Origin: Utricularia gibba
Taxonomy: Eukaryota > Plantae > Magnoliophyta
Direction: 5' to 3'
DNA length: 64,000 nt
Assembly (NCBI GenBank): GCA_002189035.1
Contig: NEEC01000014.1
Span: 2,046,001-2,110,000 of the forward strand
A program made the position numbers and the translations under genes. Below are positions 11,761-25,000 of this stretch, piece after piece. The notes beneath the pieces were generated by a model. The model was not told the DNA's origin. It ran no database searches and saw only the letters and a list, made by a program, of their open reading frames with translations. Numbering within the stretch: position 1 is the first letter of the stretch; every line of letters begins with the position of its first letter.

Positions 11761-14240
11761 CTAACATTCTTCCTTCACCAAACCACTTTCAGTACCTTTC
11801 TCTACATCCCCTTCATCTAGACTCCGGGGGTAAGGGATTCTCTTGCTCCCTTCATCGTTCACCTCATTGCTATTCGAAGAATCTTCAACTTTCTGCCCTG
11901 AGCGCGCATCTATGGAGCTTTGCCTCCATGAATGTCCCCAGAATGGCCTCATAAGCTTAGTGAAGCCACTGCAGCCATCTTCTGCTAGAAATCCTTGTGG
12001 ATGCTCAAGAGCTTTAAGGACATCGCACATGTTAGGGCGTTCTAGGGGCCGGGGGTTCAGACAAGAACGTGCGAGGATGGTCACTGCCCACACTTCCTCC
12101 ATGAGATCCTCGCCTAGAATCAATGAAGGATCTATGATGTTTTTTACAGGCTCCTTCTCATCTGCACTTATATAGGGCAGTAAGGATTCTAGCCATCCCT
12201 TCTTCGTTGCATCTGTTGATGAATTAATCCCCATCTTCCCCGTCACGAGCTCCATTAGAACTATTCCGAAGCAATATACATCATATGCAGGTATTGCATT
12301 TAGTGTGCTTGAGGAGCCTTGAGCTGACATCTTATGCAATGAAGCAAGCCTTGTGATCCCAGTTGGGTAAGTTTCACAGGCTTTGCTCAAACTCCCAAGT
12401 CTCACTTCGAAGTTATCATCAAGAAGTATGCTACTTGCTTGAATGTCCCTTTGAAAATAAAAGCAGAGCTAAGATGGTTTAAAGAGGAGAGTATGCTAAG
12501 GCAGTCCATGTTTTGAAAATGTTATCAAGTACCTGTGGACAAGTGGAGGATCACATTCATGGTGGAGGTAACAGAGCCCCTCGGCAACTCCAGTGGCGAT
12601 TTTAAGGCGAGTTATCCAGTCGAGAGATGGAGAATTATCATCAGTTTGTTTCTTGAACAAAGAAGTGGCAAGATCTCCCTCTGGGAGTTGCTTGTAAACT
12701 AAAAACTTGTCCTCTTTTTCTAAGCACAATCCCATTAGAGGAACAACTCTTGGATGGGAAAGCTTGCTAAAGATGATCAGCTCTGACAGACATGAATCCT
12801 CTTCGGAAGCAGAACTCAAATTAGCCTTCTTTATGACAACAGAAGTTTCATCTTCAAGAACCCCTTGAAAGAACTCCCCAGAATGACCATGCTTAATCCG
12901 ATTCCTATCACTGAGCTCATTCGTCGCCTGGAGAATCTGCTGATATGTGAAGGCATATCCAAGGTTTGACAAGCTAAAAGAAACTTCATAAGCTGGACTC
13001 TCTCCTTCTGGAACAGGGCCTACACTAACATCTCTTTGCCTTGGCCTACGGCTCTTGTTTTTACATACAAACAACACTGCTATGATGATAACTATGAGCA
13101 CAACACCTGCGAAAACTGCGGCCACAATGATGATGGCGCGGTTTTTGCGGTTCAATTTTGAAGACCTGGAAGGTGGTGAGGCACTTGGCACTCCAAAATT
13201 ATCAAACATCAAGTTCTTCTCAAAATAAAACAACGCACATTCCTGCAAACTCCTTTGGCTAGTACTATTCCTAAGGCAGTTCGTAATAAGGGATGCATTA
13301 CGAGACACATCACCTGCAACTGAGCCTTGAAAATAATTGTATGAAACATCTACAAAGCGAAATCTAATAAATACATTTGCCAACTTTCCATAGAACAAGT
13401 TTCTTGAAAGGTTTGCTACTCCAGCCATACCGTTAACTACTAAACTAACATTAGGAAGAACACCAGTGAAGTTATTCACGGACACATCAAGGAGCTGAAG
13501 TTCAGGTAACACCAACAGAGAATCAGGAAGACTACCATTAAACTCATTATGGCTCAAAACCAGAACCTGCAATTTTCTCAAACCCATCAAATCCTGAGGA
13601 ACTGCTCCAGCAAGGCGATTGAACCCAACATCCATATCGATCAAACTAGAGAGACCACCAAGTTCACCTGGTATAAAAGATGACAAACTGTTATGAGAAA
13701 GATTCAAGGATCTTAATCTAGGCAATGTCCCAATTCCAGGAGGGATTGAACCAGTGAGCGAGTTTCTTGAAAGATCAAGAACAGATAGCTCTACCAACTT
13801 CGAGAGACTTGATGGAATGGTGCCATTGATAGAACACGAACTGAGATCGAGTATTCTGAGAGACAAGAGCTTCAATCCAAACCATTCTGGAATGGAACCC
13901 GGTAATTGAAAACTAGACGCATTGAAAAAAGACAAATGACTCAAATTCTCAAGGGATTCTACTGAAAATGCTGGATTACGTGCTGCAATCCTTGTTCTTC
14001 TCAGCCCAGAAATATTGATACCCGTGACCGTACCATTGTTACATCGGACTCCAGTCCATGAAGCGCAAGGATCAGCCTTAATAGGCCAATCACGAGTTCT
14101 TAATCCAGAGAGGATCTTAACCGAAGGAGAGCCAATCTTTCATTCCAAGACAGAGATAACTGCTGCTCCGTTGTGGGATCAAATAGGAAGAAGAATATAA
14201 ACAAACATATACAAGCCCATCCACTCCACCTTTCAACCAT
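11761..14240 (-). CDS. LRR receptor-like kinase, At2g16250-type; frameshifted near the 5' end in this assembly
   Basis: ATG 14240 MVERWSGW, signal peptide, LRSSL(G)LRTRDWPIKADPC, LRRs, TM segment, kinase with HRDIQASSILLDDNFEVRLGSL; single intron at about 12450-12530. 1-bp deletion at 14105-14106. Confidence 0.92.
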
Positions 14241-16875
14241 TTCTTCTGCAAATTCAAACACACAAAAAACAAACACCCGTCTCTGGAAACTTTCCTGGCA
14301 GCTTAGATGATCAAAGAAATCGGTATTTGATAATCCCCGCGTTAGAACACGTGATTCCTTGACGATTTCGACAACCCCACTTAATCTTTCGAATCAAAAA
14401 TAAACTTGTTCCAGTAGACCGACTAAGATGGATAGGATTCACACTGCAAAGTCAAGAACAATTGGATATTTTTTTTGCATGGAATCAAAACAAAGAATGG
14501 TCAAATGTGTAAGCTCCATTCCAACCCGCCCACGCTTCTCTAGAGCGAAAGCTGCGCCGCCACCGAAGTCAATTTAAAATTAATCATGGAATTATCAGAT
14601 AATTACTGTTCCTGAAGACTCGATTTCATCAGGAAAAAATGCAAGTGCGCTTGTCTTTTCCTCCAACTGATTTTGTCCGAATTCACCCTCTGAATTAAAT
14701 TCTGGGCGGGGCTTAAGAATTACCGGCTCACTAGTCCGGGTCCCATTTATAACCACCAACTGCAAGTCACGAGCCCTAATTTATTTAACGGCCCACTATC
14801 CCATACATCACACCTGAACTAAACCCAATACTGTTTTTTAGCACACTAAAATATTTCATGTTACAAAACCTCACGTGCGGCACGTGACATCAACGACCTT
14901 ATCTTATAAATAAGATTCAAAATACGACGCTTTTTTTATAAAATAATAATATAATTAAATTAAGAGATTGTTTAATAGAATTTGGACACTATTGTTTGGG
15001 AGCGTGAAACATTGAATTCAAAGCAACAAAGTATTAATCATAAATAATTCAAGATTTAGAAACGGTGATAAAATAATATTAATATAATAAAAAAGTACAC
15101 AACCATTTTATTATATAATTTATTCATGAATATTTAAATTTTTAAATTTAGAATATAACTTTTAATTCAATTTATGTATATATAATAAAAAACCTAATAT
15201 AAACATACAAATTTTTATTTAATTTTTTAACAAAGACATTTCGAGTTTTTCAAAGTGATGAATATAGACGTCAATATTTGAAAAGCTTGTAGGTGTACGA
15301 AAGATAATTTATCTAATTTCAATTTCAAAATCACTTTTTAAAAATCAACTCTTCTAGTATCTCATGTTTTTTCATAGAATTTAATTAATTTTTAAAAATT
15401 AATTCTCACATAATATAATTTAATATATGTTTAGAAGACAGAATCAATTTTATTCAAAATCATTGAGAATAGAATTGATTGTGATGGTTTACAAACGTTA
15501 CTTTAGTTGATCCTTAGTACAACAAATCAATTATTAAGTTGTTACAAGGTTTTCTTACATTTTCATTATTATAAACTTATTTATTTTTAATGCCGATAAA
15601 CAGCAGGATGAATTACTTTGTGAAAAGAGAGAGTGAGAGAAATGGAAGCGACAACTTTGGAGCATGAGTCATTTGAAACAAGAAGCTAAAGCTGAAGCCT
15701 GCGGTCGCCGACGTATTGAGGAATCTGAAAAGGAGTGAGGGGCCTCACCAAGGAAAACGCACGAGAACAAATCGTAAGCCTCTTTTCAGAGCTAATAGTC
15801 GAAGGAGCTTTTGGATGTGGGTTTTTGCACGGAAAATCAGGAAAGCGTTAGGCGGAGTGTGCAGAGTGCTGGACTTTTCTGGGCTAGAAACCCATCGAAA
15901 TAATTGTACCATCACAGCTTTCGTTTCTTGGAATGTTGTAGAAGGTTGAGAAATCAGGCCCTCTTCCGCGCCTTTCATCGATCCAGCGACGGTAGCACCT
16001 TTCCCAGGAAAACTTTCCCTCTCAGTACACTCGAGATGCTTTGCCATCTCCTGTGTTATCACACACCTGTCACTGCATTGCCTTAGAACCAGTGCCCATG
16101 TCGATCGGTGTTTCTCTGCACACAGCCTCCTCCATATCCGATTTGCATTACATTACCCTGTGAGTTCCAATGAGCAAACGCTTCCATGCCCATGCGTTCG
16201 TCAGATGCTCAATTTCTATCACATTGGACCATGAACTGTATTGAATTACTGGTTGAGATTCATAGGACGATTACACGTGAATTTTAATTACACAATAAAT
16301 ATGGATTATAATAAAAAAAAATTAAATTCAAACGATTACTTATTATTTATAATTTTTTATATAATTAATTATTTCAATTTTATTTTCTAATGTAAAATTG
16401 TGTATTCTACATTGCATGAGACGGACTACCCAGATTGTATATGATGAAGTTCATTCTTTACCGATGCGGGATTTTTACTCTCCAAGGCAGATGTTAAGGA
16501 TGCTACATTTTAAAGAGTCCGGTTCATGCGTGATTTGAGACTAATTGCTTTTTTTTCCAAAGCCAAAACAGAATTGTGGATGAATTAGATTTTGAGTTGA
16601 CCAAAAGCATGTGCCTTTCGTAAAGTTAAGTTGACCTTCGAGGGCGGGTCTTCACATTATCTCCTTGCAAGAAAAGTTGAAGTAAGATTTCCTTAAGATA
16701 ACAGACGTTAAAAAGCCGTCGGAAAAACAGGGTCTTTTTCCTACAAGAAAATTTTGTGTTTAATGGATCAGTGGAATTGTCCGATTGATTTGGTATTAAA
16801 CTAAAAATTAGTTTCTAATTACAAGCATAAAGAACAGGCCTATATTCAGAGTCTAAAGGTTTTAAGTTTTTCACC

Positions 16876-16883
16876 TATAAATA
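16876..16883 (+). promoter_or_regulatory. TATA box of RAD-like gene
   Basis: TATAAATA followed by a pyrimidine-rich leader, about 110 bp before the ATG. Confidence 0.6.
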
Positions 16884-16991
16884 CCATCGATAGCCCTTCC
16901 TTTTCACCTACTCCACTCCTCATTCCATATCTCGCATAATTTTCGATACCCTTGTATCCATTTTTCCTAGAAGTGACAGCACAGCTCCTTC

Positions 16992-17273
16992 ATGGCTTCA
17001 AGGTCGATCTCCGGGAGGGGGTGGACGGCGGAGGAGAACAAGGCGTTCGAGATCGCCCTGGCCGTGTTCGACAAGGACACGCCGGACCGGTGGGAGAACG
17101 TGGCGAGGTCCGTCGGAGGGCGGACGCCGGAGGAAGTCAAGAAGCACTACGACATTCTACTGGAGGATATCATGTGCATCGAAAGCGGCAAGGTGCCTTT
17201 CCCTAACTACATAACCACCACCGTCGCCGCCCCGGCTGCAGCCGCCGGTGGTTCGACGGAGCGTGGCAAATAG
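16992..17273 (+). CDS. RAD: RADIALIS-like single-repeat SANT/MYB protein
   Basis: [63 protein letters not shown], the RAD/I-box-like signature. Confidence 0.95.
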   Translation: MASRSISGRGWTAEENKAFEIALAVFDKDTPDRWENVARSVGGRTPEEVKKHYDILLEDIMCIESGKVPFPNYITTTVAAPAAAAGGSTERGK

Positions 17274-19773
17274 AACTAGTAAGGAAACCCTTTCATGCAT
17301 AAAGCTTTGGGCTTCGTGCAGAACTGTGAGAGCAGTACAAATGACTATGCATGTTGTGGTTTCCCATGCAGGAAGCAGGACTCAAAACCAAATTCCAAGA
17401 AGTGTAATAAAGGCGTCTCGCTCAGCATTAATACTACTATCCATGTCGTCTAAATATTCATTCGGGAATTTTAAGCTTTTTTTTCCGGAATCACGATCGA
17501 GATTAAAAATAAACTAATAGAAAACCAGAGGTGGGAGGAATTCTGCTTTTGTGCAGTGGGCCTGCATGACGTGTGCGGATGTCATTGGGCGCGATAATTC
17601 TTTCTGGGCCATGGCCCAAACAGGCCCATTGATAATTTCATTAACCACTCGAGATCTCTGTCTCCCACAAAGAAAATAAATAAATAAATAGGTCCTTAAA
17701 GAAATTCACTCCAAAATTTAAAAAAAAAATGAAAAGAGACTTGAAGATTGACCTCACAAAAGACAAGGGCTTTATGGTAAGAAAGCAAAGTGTCCGACCG
17801 GGCGAGCAAAGTGGTGACAAGAGCTTTATTGTAAGAAGACCGTGATCAAGTCGACAAGCCTTATGCTTTGTCTACAAAAACAGTCCATGACATTTTACAA
17901 ATTAATAAATTCAATAAAGGCATGTAATGCACATTTTAAATAGAAAAATATATAAAAAATTGCAACCCAATTAGAGAGGTAAAAAGGTTTACACCATTTA
18001 CTCACACGCACACTAATGTGCTTCCACGTGATGACTCCCCACTCATCCACATCACTCCCTTTCTTATTACAATTTCCGCTGACTAATTTCCCCCTAAGGA
18101 TAAGATAATGACCATATGGCGTAAAATAACCTGTCTCTCCAACATCAACCTAAAAAAAGAGAAAAAAAAATTAAAATTAAAAATTAAAAAATCCCCCTTT
18201 GGCTTGGGAGGAAATTATTCCAAACAAACAGTAAACTGTAAACACACAAATCACAATGGAGAGTGTGTTTTGCGAGTGATGAGGTAACTTGTTGTGCGAT
18301 TAGATGATAAAAGGGAGAGGGAGGGGGAAAAAGATGCTGATTTTTTCCCATCAGGCCATGTGAAAAATGGTTATGGTATGTGACATTTCCCCGGGTAAGG
18401 TAAACACATTTACCAAATTAATGGTCACTCATTAACCAATTATTAATAATGCTTAAAAATGAATTGTCCACATCGGTTCCCTGGTGGCAACTGCGAGTCT
18501 CTCCCGGGCAAACCAAAACTTATGTGGAGTAAATGCATTATAATAAGGTTTATTGCACATCATGTGCAGGTGAAATTAATTAATACACAATCATAATTAT
18601 TAATCACATGCCTAATCCCGCGTTACGGAGAAACTAGAAACAAAACGTCGATTCCCAAGTAGGCGCTTCGGGAAGCCTTTTTGTTGTCTTACTCTTGTGT
18701 GGTGTTATTAACACCGGAAGATGGCGGAATGGACCGTTAATTCAAGTATCCAGGAAACCCGACCCGAACGGCCTAAAAGTTACCCAAGCACTTCCTTGTC
18801 GGGACATTCCTCACCAGTTGGGATTACTCATGGATGTGGAAGAAAGGAAATCTGTTGGGGAGATTCTCAGGGAATTATTAAAATAGTGCCATGAAAATAA
18901 CGGGGTTTCGACCGTGAAGGGGAAAGGTCCCCACGGACAATCATGGATTGGAGAATCTATGCGCTGCTTTACAACATAAGTACCAGTCCCTACCAACTGA
19001 TACGCCTCCACCTTCATCCCGCTCTCTTTATTCCGCCATGCCTCGAAACAACACCCAGAAACTGTAGAAGAAGAGAAACCAGTAGCGAGCGTTCTGATGA
19101 GAGCTCATAAATGCAGAGTTGGGTTGGGTGGTTGAAGAACCACTCCAGGAAGATGAAAAAGACCTTCTCTTCTCCCTCCCTGCTGACTGAGCTGGACTTT
19201 TGGATAAAATAATTTAGTTGTAATTTTTGATGAAGCTGCCTTACCCCACATCGGAATTGTATAAAGCTGAAAATCCTTTAGGCTGAATTTCCTATAAAAA
19301 AACTCCATGGGCGGATTATTATCCGGTACTGGTACGGTGATGGTGATGTAATACTACTAGTAATATAATAGAATTAAAGGTGTGGATAAGCAAAGCCCAT
19401 AATGTGAGGAGTTGGGCCATTAGACATGCCCACATGAAACGCTTACCTACATGGGCCCACATGAGATGGGCCCCACGTCAGCTGAACTTGAAACTGCCCT
19501 TGCCCCCCGTACTTGCTCATTCCGGCCGTCTCCGTCGCAAAAATTGCCGGCATCCTCTCGTACCAGAATTGTTATATAAATAGCCTCCAAGCTTCCACTC
19601 TCTGGGATGAATGAATAGGGTTGCTCTTGCACTCAACCATCTTCTTACATTCTCTCCCTCATCATCCACCCATACAATAAAGAAGGAAAAAAATTATTGA
19701 GAACAGCTCAACATCCAGGGTTCTGCCTTTTACAGAAAAGTCTTCGAAGCTGGTAGTGGCTTTGGCGGTGAAG

Positions 19774-21212
19774 ATGAACAGAGCTTTGCAGGAGAGTAAC
19801 TGGCAGGAGTTTATTGAGGTGGAGAAGATTTTGAACGGCGACGATGCTTTTTGGGGCTTGAATGAGGATCAAGTTGTTGGTGGTGGGTTGATGAAATCTG
19901 GCCACACATTCTTTTGCGATGAGCTTCAAGCGGTTTTGAATTCTGGGGGTGCGTCACAGTCTCAATCTGAGTCCTGTTATTCGATTCAGAGAACGCTCAG
20001 TTGCCCGATCGCCGGGGACGTGGCCGGAGTTGGTAGTAGTCAAAGGAAGAGAAAGGCTGAGACCTTAAAGGTGGGTTGTGATTTTTTTATACCTTAGTTA
20101 TGATTAACGAAGAGCTTTTGTTTTACTGGTTTATCGGTGGCGTTCGGTTTTTTCAGGAAGAGGTGGACGTGAAAATGGAGAAGAAAAAGATGAAGGTGTA
20201 TGAAGAGGAAGAATCCAAGTTCTCCGAGCAAAACAGTAACTGCAACAGCAAAAGCACCACCACCGCCGCCGACAGCTGCCGGAAACATCCGGCGGCGAGT
20301 AAATCCGATAGCAACTCCAAGGGCGGTGACGCCCCGAAAACCGACTACGTCCACGTCAGGGCCCGCCGTGGACAGGCTACAGACAGCCATAGCTTGGCCG
20401 AGAGAGTAAGCAAGCACACCCATTTACACATTCTGAACAATTCTTTTTTACTTCTCTCTCTGTGAAATGTCTCAGGTGAGGAGGGAGAAGATAAGCGAAA
20501 GGATGAAATTCTTACAAGACTTGGTTCCTGGTTGCGACAAGATAACTGGGAAAGCAGCGATGCTTGACGAGATCATCAACTACGTGCAGTCCCTTCAACG
20601 GCAAGTCGAGGTAAACAGGAAATTTACCCAAGGTTAATGACTTACCCAAGTGGTTAACTGTAACTTAAAAAATTTCACTTTTACCACACCAGTTGTTATC
20701 CATGAAACTCGCTGCTTTAACTCCGAGGCTCAATCACGACATGGAAGGCAATCTGCCCAAAGAGGTAATCGATATATTCTTTCCGATCCTCTGCGTTCAT
20801 GGTGAATATTTTTCTGCATCCTTGAACAGATTTACCAGTCAATTCTTCCATCATCGGAAGTAAATAACAGCGGCGTGCATTTTCACCTGCACCCAGTTGT
20901 TCAAATGCCGATGGGCGTAACTGTAAATACTTCAGACTCTGGGTTGCATGGAGGCCTCAGCGTTCCTTTAACAATCCCAGATCCCTTCATTGATTCCCAT
21001 GCTCAGCAGTTTTCATGGGGGAATGAGATGGAAAATCCCTTTGCTTCCTCATTCCTTCCTCGAACCTTCACAGGTAAGGCGAAGCTTTCGATTTCTTTCC
21101 ACGAAAAACACATACAAACTGCTATCCTACTGTCTAATTTCATGGAGCCTGCGTCCTTCGTGTAGGTGAGGGATTTATGGGAGCGGGGAACGTGAAGCTT
21201 GAAATGCCATAG
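19774..21212 (+). CDS. bHLH subfamily XII transcription factor (CIB1/bHLH63-like), about 6 exons
   Basis: [66 protein letters not shown]; N-terminal SIQRTLSCP; last exon [19 protein letters not shown] at 19573. Confidence 0.92.
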
Positions 21213-22027
21213 CAGTTGATACTCCTAATGATTTGTATTTCATGTGAAGATAGCAGCATGCATATACCCCCTGCCGAAACAAGCTGCCGTTTCTGTCCTG
21301 TTTTTCTGTAGAGGAAACCAAAAATGAACAAGTTTATGTGCGCCATCGTCCTTATGAATAATGATTCTTTTTGGCTGCTAAGTTGGCCTGGAAAACGGTT
21401 CTATGTTTTACAGCGAGGGGGCTTTGCATGAATCCATAGGCCAGATATCAGCATCATGACTAAGAAAAGCAGAAAGATTAATCAACATCAGCAACTGGGG
21501 GCTCAAGATGGGATATAAAACACAAGGGGAGTGAGTGCAGTGCAGTTCACTGCTGAAGACAAAGTTAGGTGGTCCTCTGTTTGGTGGTATGGTGTCGTCA
21601 TTCGGTCTTCATCACCAGCCTACACAACAACTATAATGAATACATATAACGACTTTTTCCTGTACTCCAAAAGGAAAATGAATGGGTGAATGTCTGTTCC
21701 TGTCCTTGGGACAAAACCAGTGTAATGGGTCATTCTCATCTGTCTGCCGGAGCAACCATTTCTGAACAGCACCTTATTTGCTGTGGTGTCTTGAAAAAAC
21801 AAAACGTAGCTTTTCTGCCTGGTTTCCATACATGTCACAGTTTCAAGAATAATTTCTCTTCAAAAACTTTGGGGAAACCCCAAAGCAATGCTTTTTCTTT
21901 CAAAAAACAATGAGGATTCAAGTGAGAATTCAGACTTAATTCCTATTACACCGTAAACTGCAAGTAATGAAGCTTCTAGTCCAAAATACGGACACATTTT
22001 CCAGATTTGGGAAACGCATTCCACAAA

Positions 22028-25000
22028 TCAGCGATGCTTACCTGCTTTGGTTGCCTTGCCCTTGCCGCCCTTACCCTTCATAGGACCCTTACCTTTGGTA
22101 TTCCCCTTCTTCCCCTGCTGTTTACTCATACCATGTTTTCGTGCATCCTTCTTCATTCGTCTATCGACCAGAACTTTACCCTTTCCAGCCTTGACTTGAA
22201 CACCCTTCTTTGCTACCACATACTCCTTTTGTGGTTTCTTAGGAGTTGCCTTCTTGTACATCTGATCGATCATTTTCCTCTTTGAATAATCTGAGATATC
22301 TGGCTGGTCGGAAATTGAACTTGCCTTCTTCCGAACTTTCTCAAGTTTTCTTTGGTAGGCACGTTTCTTCCGCGCCTTAGCCTGAGCCACTTTCTTAGCA
22401 GGGCGAGCATCAATTTCTTTAAACTGGGCTCTCATGGCAGCTATCTCTTCCTTTGTAACGGGCTTTATAGGCTGACAGTGCTTCCGCTCCTCATCTGCGA
22501 ACCACTTGGGCAGCCCTTCATCGTGAAACATGTATTTGTTATAGGCATCATCCAGCATCTGCTCTCTTTGTTTCTTAGACAACATCTTTTTCGCACAAGC
22601 TAGAATTTCAGCCTTTTCTTCTACGTCTTCATCATCTGAGGAGGAATCATCGCTTGAATCAGTTGCGGGAGCAGGAACTATTTCAAAATCATCATCTGTC
22701 TTTGATGATTTTTCGGCAATCTTCACCTTTCCATTCCCAAACTCTTCAGAAGATCTTTCACTCTTCTTCTTCCTCTTCATACTCTCGGCTCTTGGAAGTG
22801 AATGGTTTGCTGCTTCCATCTGCATTTCATCATCACTGTCGTACTTGTGCAATTCATCATGATCATCTGCATCCATAAAGACATCCTGACTAAACCACTG
22901 GGCAGCAATCTCCTCCTGCGTTGGCGCAGCATCTGCAAGTGGCACCAACAGAGGATTTGCTTCATGACTAGCAGCTTCATTGTCAGAATCTCTGTCAGAA
23001 TTAAGCAGAGTCTCGCCATCACCATCATCGTTACCCTGTAGAGAGCTAAGAGACTGAAAAACTCCGGCTCCTTAAAATCATAAATGATGCAAGACTGGAA
23101 ACGTGACATGCCTCTAAGAGTTCATTATCCATTGAATGTGTCTGCTTAGACCTCTTTCTTTGCTTGCTACTCCCCTCCCTCTTGGTCACATATTGCTCAT
23201 AGGCTTCATCAAGCAGCTTTTCCACATTCTCGTCGTACCTAAATCCAAGTGCACAACAGCTCATATTACAAAGCACGAGAACTAACGAGTCATGATAAAA
23301 ATGGAATCTTAAAGTTAGAAGCTAGAGCAGACTTACCTGACCCTTTCTTCCTCGGAGTCCACATCACTAGATGTGCCCTCTTCATCACTACTTTTCTCGC
23401 TTTCACTGTTTCTCAAGTCATCGCCATTCACATCCTCGTTGTTATCAATGGCAAAAAGGTCTTTCTTCTCCTGAGGATAGCATCAGAGTTTTTGATTGCA
23501 GATCAAACAGAACAAATACACTGCAGGCATAGAACCCCTAAACTAGCAGTTACAAACTGGTAAGTTATCGATATAAGAAGAACAGTGGTACGCATCTTAA
23601 AGGGTAACACGATTTCAATTTCATGTAAAGCTAAACGGCAGAATGATTAAATATGTACCTTAATAAATGATAAAGAGAACAATTCTTGATCAAAATAACC
23701 ATCTTCTATGGCATCCATTTGTTTTCCCAGGGCTTTCCGAGCTTTGTCCTGTAGGAAGTACAATGAGACAAGCAGATGGTTACGCCAACAGATAAGATAA
23801 CAGGCTTTATGAGGATTTTAAAAAATTAATAGAAAAACAGAGGTTGTATTACCTTGGCTTGTTTTTTAGCCAGCTTTTTCTTTGCTTGCTTTTTACGCTG
23901 GTCCATGGCATTGATCAATTCTTCCATTTCATTGAGACCTTCTTCATTTTTGTCTTCCCCTGTCTCATTCACTGTAACAGGCTTCACAGAAGAATCTTTT
24001 TCTGAAGATGAAAGCGCCTTCCTAATGTGCACTCTCCACCTTTGAGAAAAAAATGGGACTAATTAATCACAGAATCGACAGCAAGAATATAATTTAAACT
24101 AGCTATTTCGAAATAATTTGGAAAGTATGAGGTAAGATTAAAGAGGCTGCTTACTTCAGCAAATGCTTAAAATCTTGCTTCCCTAAAACTCGAAGATCAT
24201 CACATAGAGACTTAACCTGTTTGAACACATGAGATAGAAACATGTTTTACAAAATACAGGATCATCCAGAAAGGATGCCCAGAAACACAGTGCTCAAGTA
24301 AGTAAAATGTACCTCCTCAGTGGTCAACGTATGGTCTTTAATTGGAGAGGATTGCGGATCACTAAATGTAATAGACGTGACGGATCCAAGTATATCAAGG
24401 GGTGTTTCAGACCAAATAAAATCCGAAGCAGAACAAAGCTTCCTCAGTGTTGTGTCTCCGTCCTCGTAACTGCATGCATTATAAAATACTATAAGCTGAC
24501 TCAAACGTGCGAACCGAAGGCAAATTTCATTCTTTGAAGGAGAGTACAAATTTCAAAAGAAAAAACTCAAAATAGAAGAAAGAATGATACCCATCACGGT
24601 GTCTCTTTTGCTTAGTTCCCCTAAGCACATCCACTACCTGAAAATATACATATTCTAAATGACTCGAGTTTTCGAGAACCAAATTTTTAAACCTTAACTG
24701 AAACGAAAGTCACAGGAAATTACTTTCGGAGGTTCTTTTCCGCCTTGAAACAAATGCTTTACATCAAGAAGGCGAGGATCAATCTTTGCGGGAGCCTTGT
24801 ATCTCAAACCCAGGACATATATTTCAGCTGATGCTGATCTACTAGCCTGTGGCTTATCAACCTCAACTTTCTCAAACAGCTGCACGAAAAAAATCTTGCT
24901 GTGTAAGATTCTCATTCGTCATTCAGGCATTAGCCCAAAAAGAAAAAAAAAAGACTACCTGTCTAAGGCAATACAGAACTGCAGTGTAATCTTGAGACCT

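Noticed and set aside
14930-15600. AT-rich tracts (also 8640-8940, 33590-33770, 46100-46460) as possible MITEs
   Set aside because: I could not define terminal inverted repeats with a target-site duplication.
15820-15870. TPPNAFLIFR resembling an HMG-box start
   Set aside because: The rest of the HMG box is absent; likely chance.
19231-19240. TGAAGCTGCC, identical to the first 10 nt of miR167
   Set aside because: The match ends at 10 nt and there is no foldback partner.
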